Source of the DNA: an uncultured Armatimonadetes bacterium
GTDB lineage: Bacteria; Armatimonadota; Hebobacteria; Hebobacterales; Hebobacteraceae
Reading direction: 5' to 3'
NCBI GenBank assembly: GCA_963716175.1
Contig: OY970296.1
Location: 4,192,001 to 4,256,000, forward strand
Length of the DNA: 64,000 nucleotides
Shown here: piece by piece, positions 28,575 through 38,069 of the stretch
Numbering within the stretch: position 1 is the stretch's first letter
Layout: each line of letters begins with the position of its first letter
The notes under the pieces: generated by a model
Databases searched by the model: none
What the model saw: the letters and a program-made list of their open reading frames with translations, nothing else
What the model was told of the DNA's origin: nothing
Translations under genes and position numbers: made by a program

Positions 28575-28634
28575 TAGCTACACCCCGCAGGCACAGTGAG
28601 GCCAGGAGCCGCCCCGCCGAGGCCGGACGCGGCT

Positions 28635-29591
28635 CTATAGTGGCCGATTTCCACCGGTTCCCGGTCGCCGGACTCCGGGCAGTGCGGCGGCGAACTCGGG
28701 CGTGAGATTGGAGAATGAGTAGGCTACGATCCTGCTCACGTATGGCGCCTCTCGCGCCAACTGAATGGCGATTCGTTCCGGCGGCACGATTTTTGGGGGG
28801 CTGAGGTCGAACAGCTCCAGATCGGACCAGAACTCCACGCCTGTGTCTGCGCAGGCCCCCGCGGTGGCGGCATAGTAGGGCACGATGTCATCTACCGTGA
28901 TGTGCCTTTCACATCCCACACCGTCCTGCAGCATGAGGATGTCGAGGTGCGTCTGGCCGAGGAACTGACGCCATCTCTGCTCATACTGCTCGATGGTCCC
29001 CCGCAGCGAGAAGAAGGGCGCGGTGCTCACGGCCGCCTCCGGGGCCCACCGCTTCACTCCATCGGTCATCCGGTTGAACAGCTCGACCAGATGAGGCAGA
29101 TTGTCGCCCGCCCACTCGTCACCCAGGTGGATCTCGTGCGAGAGGTAGATGCCGGCGAGCGCCGGCGAGCCGCCGTAGCGCTCGATCAACTCCTGCGATA
29201 TCAGGTTGTTCCGCTCCGCTTCCCGGGGGACGTACCCGGGCAGCTCCGATCGCCGGTTGGGTATATCCCACCAGTTCTGCTCGTCTGACGCCACCCCCAG
29301 ATGGACCGCGAAGCCGGCGCGCTCGGCCGCGGCCAGCATGGCCGCGGTGGGGTCAGATCCTGCGGGGGCCTGAGCGAAGTGCTGCGAGGGATAGTAGGCC
29401 GTGCCCTCGATCACGCTGAACTGCACGATGAGGGTATCCATGCGCAGGCCCTGGAGGAAGGCCAGGCGCTCATCCCACTCGCCGGGCCCGCTGCGGGCCA
29501 GGCGTTCTCTCCAGTACAGGAACACTCCCGAGATGTGGTCAGGCGCGCTCGCGGACTCTGATGGCAGGCGTGAATGGCTCTCGCACTCCAT
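28635..29591 (-). CDS. DUF4434 domain protein (glycoside hydrolase-like)
   Basis: MDTLIVQF, GIYLSHE, DILMLQDGVG, FWSDLELF motifs. Confidence 0.8.
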   Translation of the reverse strand: MECESHSRLPSESASAPDHISGVFLYWRERLARSGPGEWDERLAFLQGLRMDTLIVQFSVIEGTAYYPSQHFAQAPAGSDPTAAMLAAAERAGFAVHLGVASDEQNWWDIPNRRSELPGYVPREAERNNLISQELIERYGGSPALAGIYLSHEIHLGDEWAGDNLPHLVELFNRMTDGVKRWAPEAAVSTAPFFSLRGTIEQYEQRWRQFLGQTHLDILMLQDGVGCERHITVDDIVPYYAATAGACADTGVEFWSDLELFDLSPPKIVPPERIAIQLAREAPYVSRIVAYSFSNLTPEFAAALPGVRRPGTGGNRPL

Positions 29592-29652
29592 CGTCGCTCA
29601 CCTCCTCCTCAACACGGTCCGATACCCCGGCCAGCACTCGGCGGACGGCCGA

Positions 29653-30603
29653 TCATATGCTGGCACCGGGCGCGACGATCTCGTCAACGGCCGCTTTCTC
29701 CTCGGCCGACAGCTCCCAGCCGAGCGCGCCCAGATTGTCGTCCAGCTGCTCGCGCGTCCTGGGACCGACGATGGGCGCGGTGACGGCCGGGTTCGCCAGC
29801 AACCAGGCGAGGGCGAACTGGCTGAGAGACTTGCCTCGCGCCTGGGCCAGGGACGTGAGCTTCTCGATGGCATCGAATCGCCGTTGGGACTCAAGCGATG
29901 CCAGGTCCCAGCCCTCCGCGATCGCCCGCGAACCGGCCGGGGGCGGCTCCCCGCGCCGGTACTTGCCGCTCAGCCAGCCTCCGTCCAGCGGGCACCAGGG
30001 GATAATCCCGATGCCGTATTTCCGGCAGACCGGGACTACCTCTCGCTCCAGTGTCCGATCCAGCAGGCTGTAGTGCGGCTGCTCACAGACGAACCGCTCC
30101 AGGTGTCTCCGTTCCGAGATCCACTGCGCTTCCACCATCTGCCAGGCCGGGAAGTTCGAAGAGCCGATGTACAGCACTTTGCCCTGGCGGACAAGATCGG
30201 TCAGAGCCGACAGGGTCTCCTCCAGCGGGGTGACCGGGTCAGGATGGTGGATCTGATAGAGATCAATGTAGTCGGTCTGCAGGCGGGTCAGGCTGGCCTC
30301 GACTTGCTGGCGGATGTGCAGCCGGTGCGTGCCCTCATCGTTCGGGCCCTCGCCCATCCCCCAGCGGACCTTGGTGGCCAGCACGACGCGGGACCGCCTC
30401 CCCTTCAGCGCCTTGCCAACGCACTGCTCGGACAGGCTGCTGGCGTAGACATTGGCGGTGTCCAGGAAGTTCAGCCCCAGGTCCAGCGCGGCGTGCACGA
30501 GCTGGATCGCCTCCGCCTCGTCATTGCGCCATCCAAAGTACATCCCGCCCAGACACAACGCCGAGACCTTCACGCCGGTAGTGCCCAGCACTCGGTATTC
30601 GAT
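29653..30603 (-). CDS. aldo/keto reductase
   Basis: EYRVLGTTGVKVSALCLG, NFLDTANVY, DYIDLYQIH, GKVLYIGSSN; apparent ATC start 6 nt after AGGAGG. Confidence 0.92.
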   Translation of the reverse strand: MEYRVLGTTGVKVSALCLGGMYFGWRNDEAEAIQLVHAALDLGLNFLDTANVYASSLSEQCVGKALKGRRSRVVLATKVRWGMGEGPNDEGTHRLHIRQQVEASLTRLQTDYIDLYQIHHPDPVTPLEETLSALTDLVRQGKVLYIGSSNFPAWQMVEAQWISERRHLERFVCEQPHYSLLDRTLEREVVPVCRKYGIGIIPWCPLDGGWLSGKYRRGEPPPAGSRAIAEGWDLASLESQRRFDAIEKLTSLAQARGKSLSQFALAWLLANPAVTAPIVGPRTREQLDDNLGALGWELSAEEKAAVDEIVAPGASI

Positions 30604-30792
30604 CCCAAGCCTCCTCTTCCGGCCGCGTGCGGCCGTGCAAGCATGCGGTGGAGAAGATTCCGTCTCTCGCACTTCTCTCCTCTCAGCAGGCCGCAGGGAG
30701 GCAGTGTCGCGGCGAGCGGGACAGCGGTGTGCGCGAGGGAGAGGCAATCCAAGAGTCGTCGCCGAATTGCAGGCGCGAAGGGAGGAGGAGAA

Positions 30793-31416
30793 GTGACCGA
30801 CACGATTGCTGAGATCAGACAGGTAGCGCAGCAGGCGGCCTCGGTCTTGCCGCACAGCTTCGAGATCATCACTGCCCTCGACGGGGAGCAGATTCCGCCG
30901 GAAGCGCTGAGCGAGGACCACACGATCGGGCTATACGGAGACATCATCCCCCGTAAGATGCGCGAGAGCGCAGACGGGTTCCGGGAGGTCGAGGTCGCGG
31001 ACTTCATGCCACAGCTCACATACGGGCCCACCGCGACGGGGATCCAGGCGCAGTGGTTCCTGGAGTATCCCGCGCTCCGCAATGTGCGCTTCCGGGCGGA
31101 GAAGCTTCAGTACCTGGAAGAGGGGTGGTGGGCGGTTACCGCCGAGGTCAAGTACGCGGCGGCGACCGTGCTTGCTCTCCTCTATCTCCTGAAGAAGCTA
31201 TATGGTGCGGTGCACATCTGCGTGAACGCGCAGCTCCCTATGCCGCTGTGGCTGCGCGCCGCGCCGCTCGGGCAGGATTCGCGCGGCGTGCAAGCAGTCG
31301 TCCAGGCACGAGGCGGGGACAAGGTTCTGTTCACGAACATCCACAGCGAGTGCAGCATGGCCTACGCGCGGCAGTTCGCGGACGATGTCCGCAGCTACTA
31401 CCAGCCAGCGGAATAG
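30793..31416 (+). CDS. hypothetical protein
   Basis: GTG start after GGAGGAGGAG; 207 aa with normal globular composition; fills the gap between neighbours. Confidence 0.65.
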   Translation: MTDTIAEIRQVAQQAASVLPHSFEIITALDGEQIPPEALSEDHTIGLYGDIIPRKMRESADGFREVEVADFMPQLTYGPTATGIQAQWFLEYPALRNVRFRAEKLQYLEEGWWAVTAEVKYAAATVLALLYLLKKLYGAVHICVNAQLPMPLWLRAAPLGQDSRGVQAVVQARGGDKVLFTNIHSECSMAYARQFADDVRSYYQPAE

Positions 31417-31451
31417 CAGGCGGGTCGCCGACTGAAGCCGCGGATCACCGC

Positions 31452-32045
31452 CTAGAGCGCACTCAGCCCATCCGCCCGTCGCAGGCTCGTATCTCCCAGG
31501 TCTTCCTCCGGGCGGATCGAGGCCAGACGGTCCAATACCGCGTCGAGCTGAGCAGGGGTAAGTGCACGCTCAACCATGGGGAAGATGAGATTGTCCTCCT
31601 TGGCCGCGTGGCGCTCCAGCAAACTCTTGAAAAGGCCGAACTGCACCCGGAGCTGATGGCCTTCCTGCTCGCCCAGTCTGCCGGCCGCTTCGGCTTCTGC
31701 CAGGGCACCGATCATCTCATCCATGCGGGCCACCAGCACGGTGTGGGCGCTGAGATCGTCCTCCGCCTCCTCCCGGAAGAACTGAGCGATGACGTCCGCC
31801 CTGCGCGCTCCTTCGGACACCATGCGTCTGACGTCCGGGAACAGCCCCTCTTCCTCCCGGCGGAAGTGCAGCCGCATGCCGGCCTGGAAGTAGGCCAGAC
31901 GCGCCCGGAGCGAGCCGCTCAAGGCCTCCCCGGTGGCCTCCGGGCTCCTGGCGAGGCCCCGCACCGTGGCCTCGAAGGCCGCGGTGTCCTTCCTCAGTAT
32001 CTCATGATCTTTGCGAAGCTCTTCCACTGCCAACGCAGGTGTCAT
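31452..32045 (-). CDS. hemerythrin domain-containing protein
   Basis: LRKDH, HFRREEEGLFP, AH and HAAKEDNLIFP (HxxxE) motifs. Confidence 0.85.
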   Translation of the reverse strand: MTPALAVEELRKDHEILRKDTAAFEATVRGLARSPEATGEALSGSLRARLAYFQAGMRLHFRREEEGLFPDVRRMVSEGARRADVIAQFFREEAEDDLSAHTVLVARMDEMIGALAEAEAAGRLGEQEGHQLRVQFGLFKSLLERHAAKEDNLIFPMVERALTPAQLDAVLDRLASIRPEEDLGDTSLRRADGLSAL

Positions 32046-32235
32046 GGCACTTATCTCCGTCGAGCTGGCGATGAGCATATCAGCCGGAGGCCGCGTGTGA
32101 CGGTCCTCACGGGCCTATGCTTCACAGGGCCGCTGCCAGCCTGGCCCGCGGCCTGCTTCGCCAGCACGGCGGGTTCCCATTCGCGGGTCTTGTTACAACC
32201 GCGACGCAATCTCCCGGGGCCCGGGCACAACGGGC

Positions 32236-34038
32236 CTATGGCGCACTCTCTGCCCGGCCCTGCGCCTTCAGCCAGTCGTCGAGGCTGGTCTCCTCGCTGA
32301 CCATGGTGACCCCTTCTTCCCGTGCCACCTGCGCGAAGCGGGCCACCAGCCTGGGGTCGGCCTTGGCACCCGCCAAGGCAATCTGGGTGTAGATCAGCGG
32401 CAGCCGCGCCACTTGCACACGATGCCGTATTTCGGGGTCGTCCTGGACGGCCCGCTCGGCCTGGTCGAAGAGCTCGACCGATCGGCGGATCACCTCCGGG
32501 GTGAGGTAGCCGACATCGGGACCGGAGTAGATCCCCACGTGAAGATCCGGCTTGTCTCGCACTTGCTTGTGGATCAGGTTGATGTACTCGCGTATGGGCT
32601 TGGCTGCTGCTCCGTAGTAGCCGGCCAGGAACTCGTCTATGGCCTTGTCGGTATCGTACTGCGGATCCCAGAGTGTCTTCGCCATCAGGTAACTGCGCAG
32701 CTCCGCGAACTCCCCGCCCTTGGAGTAGTAGTTGGCTTCCTCGTAGATGCCGGTGACGCCGTTGCGGAGGAAGAAGTTGATATTCGGTTTGAGCACGTAC
32801 AGGTTCGGGAAGGGCATGATGCTGTGCGAGTAGTTGATGACGTAGTCCCAGATCCAGAGCCGGCTGGAGATCTTCGACCACTCCTCGATGTCCTTGCGGA
32901 ACGACTCATTATAGGGATCACTCTCCAGCGGATGGGCGAAGCAGCACTCGATGCTGCACAGCCGCACTACCACACTGGGACGGGGTCGGACTTCCTTCGG
33001 CGGCTTCCGGCTGTAGGTGTAGGCCAGCGTGTCTATCACCTTGTCGGGGTACTCGGCCCTGATGCTGTCGGCGATGGCGTTGACGAAGTGCAGCAGAGGG
33101 CCGCTCTGGCCACCTTCCTTCTCCGCCAGTGCCTGGCAGCTCGCGCACTGGCAGTAGTTGTCCCAGTCATTTTGGGACACCGAGAAGATAACGGCCTCGG
33201 GCGCCTCGCGGATCCACCGGCGAATCGTGTCCGTGGCGATCCGCAGCACATCCGGGTTGGTGAGGCAGAGCTGCGTGTGCTCGGGCCCGAACCGCTTCCC
33301 CTCGATCTCCGAGTAGTACTCGGGGTGGCTGGCGAAGTACTTCTCGGGCGGCACCAGCTCGTCGAAGGTGTGGACGAAACCGCGATAGCTGATCTTCCCG
33401 CCGCGCTCCTCGTCCAGGAGGGTCATCTCTCCGTTCATCTTGTTGCGAACAGCCCAGTCAGCATCGCGGGAGTTGGGATAGTCAGTGGCGCGATACTCCA
33501 GGGGCGGGAGATAGCGCCGATCTATGGCGGATATCTCGAAATTCCCCTGTCTGGGCAGCACGGTGCAGTCGGGCGCGAACCAGCGGCAGTTCAGGTAGTC
33601 CTCCAGGAAGGTATAGCAGGCGTAGAGGACGCCGCGCTTGTTACCGGCGAGAACCAGAGCTGGCCCGGCGGTCTCGATCACGATCCCGTCGGCGCCCAGG
33701 GACGTAAAGTCCACCGCGATGCCGAGACGCTCGAGCAGTGCGCTCTTGCCGACGATGATCGGCGTCCTGGCGCCAACCTCCCGGTCGTGGACCAGGGCAA
33801 TCTCCTCCCCGATGATCGCGGTCAGGTGACGCTGCAGATCCCTGGCTGCGTGCTTCTCCTGAGGGGTAGGATGGTCGGGGATGACGATGGCGTGAGTTCG
33901 CGCGCTGACCCTCTTCCCCCCGATCGTGACTACGCACTCACCCCGTGACAACGAGGGTCCACCGGCGGCAGTCATAGGCCGACCTCCCTTGGCTGAGAGT
34001 CCCACGGCAAGAAGCAGGACCAACCAGATCATATCCAT
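32236..34038 (-). CDS. DUF4838 domain protein (exported, glycoside-hydrolase-like)
   Basis: RGVLYACYTFLE, HTF..LVPP..YF..HPEYY, QLCLTNP, SVSQND...CQC, TLAY, WIWDY motifs. Confidence 0.85.
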   Translation of the reverse strand: MDMIWLVLLLAVGLSAKGGRPMTAAGGPSLSRGECVVTIGGKRVSARTHAIVIPDHPTPQEKHAARDLQRHLTAIIGEEIALVHDREVGARTPIIVGKSALLERLGIAVDFTSLGADGIVIETAGPALVLAGNKRGVLYACYTFLEDYLNCRWFAPDCTVLPRQGNFEISAIDRRYLPPLEYRATDYPNSRDADWAVRNKMNGEMTLLDEERGGKISYRGFVHTFDELVPPEKYFASHPEYYSEIEGKRFGPEHTQLCLTNPDVLRIATDTIRRWIREAPEAVIFSVSQNDWDNYCQCASCQALAEKEGGQSGPLLHFVNAIADSIRAEYPDKVIDTLAYTYSRKPPKEVRPRPSVVVRLCSIECCFAHPLESDPYNESFRKDIEEWSKISSRLWIWDYVINYSHSIMPFPNLYVLKPNINFFLRNGVTGIYEEANYYSKGGEFAELRSYLMAKTLWDPQYDTDKAIDEFLAGYYGAAAKPIREYINLIHKQVRDKPDLHVGIYSGPDVGYLTPEVIRRSVELFDQAERAVQDDPEIRHRVQVARLPLIYTQIALAGAKADPRLVARFAQVAREEGVTMVSEETSLDDWLKAQGRAESAP

Positions 34039-34179
34039 CTCCAGACGAGACTCGACGCGAGCTACTCCAGATGCTAGCCCCCAGCATGGCCCCTGTCAAT
34101 GCGAGGAGTCGGAGACGGGCAGCGCGGCAGCGGGCAGGGGGGAAGCAGCCCAGGCCTGGCTGACCTGCGCCACATGCGG

Positions 34180-35622
34180 TCAGTGGTCGCAACAGAAGGG
34201 TATGTCGTAGCGCTGCTGCGGGTCGGGCGGCTGCTCCTGCAAGAGGCCCTGGAACTCCTCGCCCGAGCGCGGGCGGCCCCCGTCGTCCTTCATGTCGGGG
34301 CCCACGCTGTAGACGACGAAGCCAGCGCCTTGCCGGCGGTAATGGTAAGGCTGCTGGTCGAAGGGGTCGGCAGGCAGCTCGCCGGAGGCGGCCTCGAGCG
34401 CGGCGAGGGAATCGGGGTAGCGCTCATGCTGAAGGCGGTGGAGCCTGAGGGCGAGCGCGATCTGGGCATCGCCGAGTCGGGCCATGGTCTCCTGCCGGTG
34501 CAGCAGCTCCGGCAGAACGGGTGGGGCGACCCACTTGGTGACCAGGCCCCGATAATCGGGAAGCCGCTCGACCTGCTGATCGGCCTGCCCGGCAAGCCGC
34601 TCTGCCGCGGGCCAGGGCAAGGCCAATGCTCGGCTCGCCTGTGTGGAGTAATCCAAGTAGCTGAGCTCGTCCAGAGTAAGAGTGAGCCCCGGGGCCAGTC
34701 GGGAGAGCAGAGGCGGATGCTGGTGCGGCGGGGGGAGCTCGGCAGGGAGAAGGGACCGCTGGGAATCGAAAGTAGGCAGGCCGTAGATGGCCTGCTCTCC
34801 CTTCATGGCCCAGAGAGACCGAGGGACGAGGTCAACCGCTCCCAACTGATCGGCGAGGCGCCGGCAGCTCGTGCTTCGTAGCGAAGGAGCTCCGCTACTT
34901 CGCAGAGTAGCAGCGGCCGGAGTGACCTGGGAGCCGCGGAGAACGTACCCGATCCCATCCACCGCCGCCTCCTGTAGGCAGTAGCCGATATGCTGGCTGA
35001 TGAGGGCCGGCTCTCTCTGCACGTGGTCGGCGATCCGCAGGGCCGCAGCACAGGAGGCCAGCGCCTGCTCCGGTTTGCCCTGCGTCGTGAGGACGACGGC
35101 GCGGGCTCGCAGCATCAAGCCGGCCCAGAGCAGGCCCGGGAGCTGAGGCAGGCTGGTCATATGTCCCCGATGCCAGCCGACGCGGAACGCGCAATCCGGG
35201 ATGGCGGAGGCCTTGTCCAGGAGTTGGAAATAGGTGGTGTTCCTGGCCACGGCGGCCCGCGCCACCGCCAGCTCCCGAGCATTCCACTCTTGCGGGGGCT
35301 TCGGCGAGTTCCACCAGAGGAAATCGCCCTCGCCCAGTAGCAGGGCCCCCTGATCGCGAGAGAGGACCAGCGCGCCGAACGCGCGCTGGTAGATGTCAGC
35401 AGCGTTCGCCACCCCTGAAGGCAGCCGCGGGATGAGCCCTTCAACGGAGGGCAGCTCGCCCGCCTGGCGGCGATCCGCAAGCTCCCGCTCGAGCCGGCGG
35501 TCGGCAGCGCTCGAGACGAGGTAATGGCCCAGGAGGAGAAGGAACAGGGTCAGCCAGAAAGCGCGCCAGATCCAGCCCAGGGTACGAATGGCTCTGCCTG
35601 GCCTGTCGGCGATCTCGGCCAC
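34180..35622 (-). CDS. membrane-anchored helical hypothetical protein with pseudopilin-like C-terminal motif
   Basis: N-terminal TM; YPDSLAAL...PADPF...Y...FVVYSVGPDMKDDGG; contains an in-frame 45-nt repeat insertion. Confidence 0.75.
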   Translation of the reverse strand: MAEIADRPGRAIRTLGWIWRAFWLTLFLLLLGHYLVSSAADRRLERELADRRQAGELPSVEGLIPRLPSGVANAADIYQRAFGALVLSRDQGALLLGEGDFLWWNSPKPPQEWNARELAVARAAVARNTTYFQLLDKASAIPDCAFRVGWHRGHMTSLPQLPGLLWAGLMLRARAVVLTTQGKPEQALASCAAALRIADHVQREPALISQHIGYCLQEAAVDGIGYVLRGSQVTPAAATLRSSGAPSLRSTSCRRLADQLGAVDLVPRSLWAMKGEQAIYGLPTFDSQRSLLPAELPPPHQHPPLLSRLAPGLTLTLDELSYLDYSTQASRALALPWPAAERLAGQADQQVERLPDYRGLVTKWVAPPVLPELLHRQETMARLGDAQIALALRLHRLQHERYPDSLAALEAASGELPADPFDQQPYHYRRQGAGFVVYSVGPDMKDDGGRPRSGEEFQGLLQEQPPDPQQRYDIPFCCDH

Positions 35623-35739
35623 CCTCTGGCCTCCTCCCCAGCGTCCTCCAGCAGCATCTTCGGCTGCCGCCCGCCGCAGCGGCTTCCTGTCGTCAGCCTC
35701 CGCAGATGGCGCCAGCAGGCCCGGAACGGGGAGCTTTGG

Positions 35740-38067
35740 TCATCGTGATCCGGCCGGGCCGCGGAACACGTTGCCGCCGAAGGTGGTCACGTAGATAACC
35801 CCGGGATCGGTGGGGTCGAACTCGACCCGCTGCGTGTTGGTGAATGGGAAGCTGTCGAGCGCCTGCCAGGTATCGCCGCCATCGCTGCTCAGCCACAGCG
35901 ATGGCCCGGGGGCGCCCTCGGTAAGAGTCATGTAGACCCAACCCGGCCGCCTGGGGTCGAAGTAGGCGCCGAAGTGCTCCGGACCTTTTCGCGCCACGCG
36001 CCGCCAGCTCTTACCGCCATCGGTGGTGCGATAGAGGCCGCCTTGCTCCTGCCTGCCGGCGTCGGCGGCGCCGACGAAGATCACCTCGCTAGACTCAGGA
36101 TGGACCGCGAAATCCTTCGGCCAGAGCAGCCGGACAGAGGTCGTGATGCACTGCCAGCTTTCGCCGCCATCGCGGGAGCGATAGAGCCCAGCGCCCTGCG
36201 TGAGGAAGGTACGGTCCTTCCGCTTGGCCGTGATCAGGGCAAAGAGCGTGCCATCGTGGTGCAGGAGGAGACGGTAGACTCGCATGTTCTCGGGCGCGCC
36301 CAGGCCCTTGCTCTTCTTCACCCAGGTCCTGCCGTCATCGTCGGACCTGAAAACACCCTCATCGAAGATCGAAACGTAGAGAGTGCGTCTTCCCTGCGGA
36401 CTCCCGGGGTCCAACACGATCGAGGTGGCGGGGGCCGGCGGCAGTCCCCGGCCGAATGGGGGCCAGCTCTCGCCGAAATCCCTGGAGAGGCAGACGCCAC
36501 CGGGGCCTTTGGAACCGTGGCGGCCAGAGATGATGTTGTCATTGGGGATGTCATGCACGTCGGAGAACGCGCCCCAGATCTTGCCCGGGATGGCCGGGTC
36601 GAAGGCGAGCTCATAGCAGGTATTGCGCCACGGCGCCCACTGGTCCTCGGTCCACCAGATCCAGGTCTTCCCCGCGTCCAGGGAACGCGCGAAGCCGAGG
36701 TCGGTGTAGGCGATGTAGTGGCGATTGGGCTGGAACGGATCAACGTAGTAATGCCAAGTGGTGGTGATGTCGAGGCCGTTGGAGAGCCACTCGCAGCCAG
36801 GACCAGGCCGCTGGCCGGGCGCGAGGAGGGTGTTGGCGCAGAACCAGGATTTGCCCCCGTCGTGTGTGGCGTAGACGAAATTGCCCACATTCAGCACCCG
36901 CTCGGGGTCGGAGTCGGCTACCGCCGTGCCCCACGGGGCCGCGGGCTCGGCCCGGCCAGTCGAGACGGTGAACCAGTCGGGAGTGACGTTGCACTCCTTG
37001 CCCCGGGGGTCGAGGAAGAAAGTCGCGCGCCAGTGGTCCCCGCCGTCGTCGCTGCGATAGACCGTGGCGAAGTGCGGCGGCCAGAAGCCGGTGCTGCTGT
37101 TGAACGCGTAGACCGTGAGCGGTTTGGTGTTCGTGGTGAGCACGTGGCGGTACTGGGCGATGGGACCGTCGGCCCACTGGCCGTAGGATTGAGTCTCCCT
37201 GTTGATCCCGTCCCCCATCGCCGACTCCCAGTGCTCGCCGCGGTCCCGGGAGCGAAAGATGCCACCCGCGAACTGCCGGTTCACGCTCTCGCTGGGTATC
37301 GCGCAGTACAGCATGACGGCTCCGCTGGCGGTGTCGGCGCCTCCCGCGAAGGACCGGACACCCATCCCAGGGAGGCCGTCGGTCCGCTTCGCCCAGGCCT
37401 TGCCGCGATTATCGGAGCGCCAGATTCCGTCGGCGGTGGCGGCGAACATCACCCGCGCCTGGGGCGGGCTGGTGCGGTCTATGAAGAAGCCGACGGCTTC
37501 GCCGGTTGGCCCATCGCACTGCTCCCAATGGTTTCCCGCGTCGCGGGAGATCCAGACCCGATCCCCGGCCCCGGTCAGCATCAAGGAGGGATCGTCAGGG
37601 TCGAGGGCGATCTGCCCGGTAGGTGTGTCGGGGAGATCGCCGATGGCCGTCCAATGCAGGCCGCGGTCGCGGCTCACCTTCAGTTTCCCAGACCCGCCGT
37701 CGGAGGCGTAGATGACGTTGGCGTCCTTGGGGTGGAAGCCGGGGCGGCAACGCGTGTTGCCCTGCAACTGCTCGTGATGGATCATGCGCCAGTGATGGCC
37801 GCCGTCCTCGGAGATGTAGGCGCCGGACATGTCGCAGCTCAGCAGCATCAGATCGGGGTCTATCGGGCTGATGGCGGGGGCGAACATGCCGCCGCCCCCT
37901 GACAGGCCGATCCCTTGCCACTGATGGCTCGGGACGGCGGTGCTCACGCTCGCCGCCCTTCCGCCTGCCCGGCAGCTTGGCGCGAGCGCGGCCAGCGGGA
38001 TCAGCGCCAGGAGCAAGAGGGCGGTTTTCTTCAATTCGGTGGGCGAGCAGACGGAAGCTGGAGACAT
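35740..38067 (-). CDS. secreted BNR/Asp-box repeat beta-propeller protein (GH74/sialidase-like)
   Basis: Signal peptide; more than 10 SxDxGxxW Asp-boxes; GGG.F.PAISP..PD...LSCDMSG N-terminal motif. Confidence 0.85.
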   Translation of the reverse strand: MSPASVCSPTELKKTALLLLALIPLAALAPSCRAGGRAASVSTAVPSHQWQGIGLSGGGGMFAPAISPIDPDLMLLSCDMSGAYISEDGGHHWRMIHHEQLQGNTRCRPGFHPKDANVIYASDGGSGKLKVSRDRGLHWTAIGDLPDTPTGQIALDPDDPSLMLTGAGDRVWISRDAGNHWEQCDGPTGEAVGFFIDRTSPPQARVMFAATADGIWRSDNRGKAWAKRTDGLPGMGVRSFAGGADTASGAVMLYCAIPSESVNRQFAGGIFRSRDRGEHWESAMGDGINRETQSYGQWADGPIAQYRHVLTTNTKPLTVYAFNSSTGFWPPHFATVYRSDDGGDHWRATFFLDPRGKECNVTPDWFTVSTGRAEPAAPWGTAVADSDPERVLNVGNFVYATHDGGKSWFCANTLLAPGQRPGPGCEWLSNGLDITTTWHYYVDPFQPNRHYIAYTDLGFARSLDAGKTWIWWTEDQWAPWRNTCYELAFDPAIPGKIWGAFSDVHDIPNDNIISGRHGSKGPGGVCLSRDFGESWPPFGRGLPPAPATSIVLDPGSPQGRRTLYVSIFDEGVFRSDDDGRTWVKKSKGLGAPENMRVYRLLLHHDGTLFALITAKRKDRTFLTQGAGLYRSRDGGESWQCITTSVRLLWPKDFAVHPESSEVIFVGAADAGRQEQGGLYRTTDGGKSWRRVARKGPEHFGAYFDPRRPGWVYMTLTEGAPGPSLWLSSDGGDTWQALDSFPFTNTQRVEFDPTDPGVIYVTTFGGNVFRGPAGSR

Positions 38068-38069
38068 GG

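Noticed and set aside
29401-30792. 671-aa ORF 29401-31416 and 688-aa ORF 41759-43825 as large fusion proteins
   Set aside because: Their N-terminal parts are antisense to real genes; SD-supported starts are at 30793 and 42944.
35974-37902. Long antisense or alternate-frame ORFs (also 32413-33948, 16034-17431, 7967-9319, 39795-41222)
   Set aside because: Shadow ORFs expected at high GC opposite well-supported genes.
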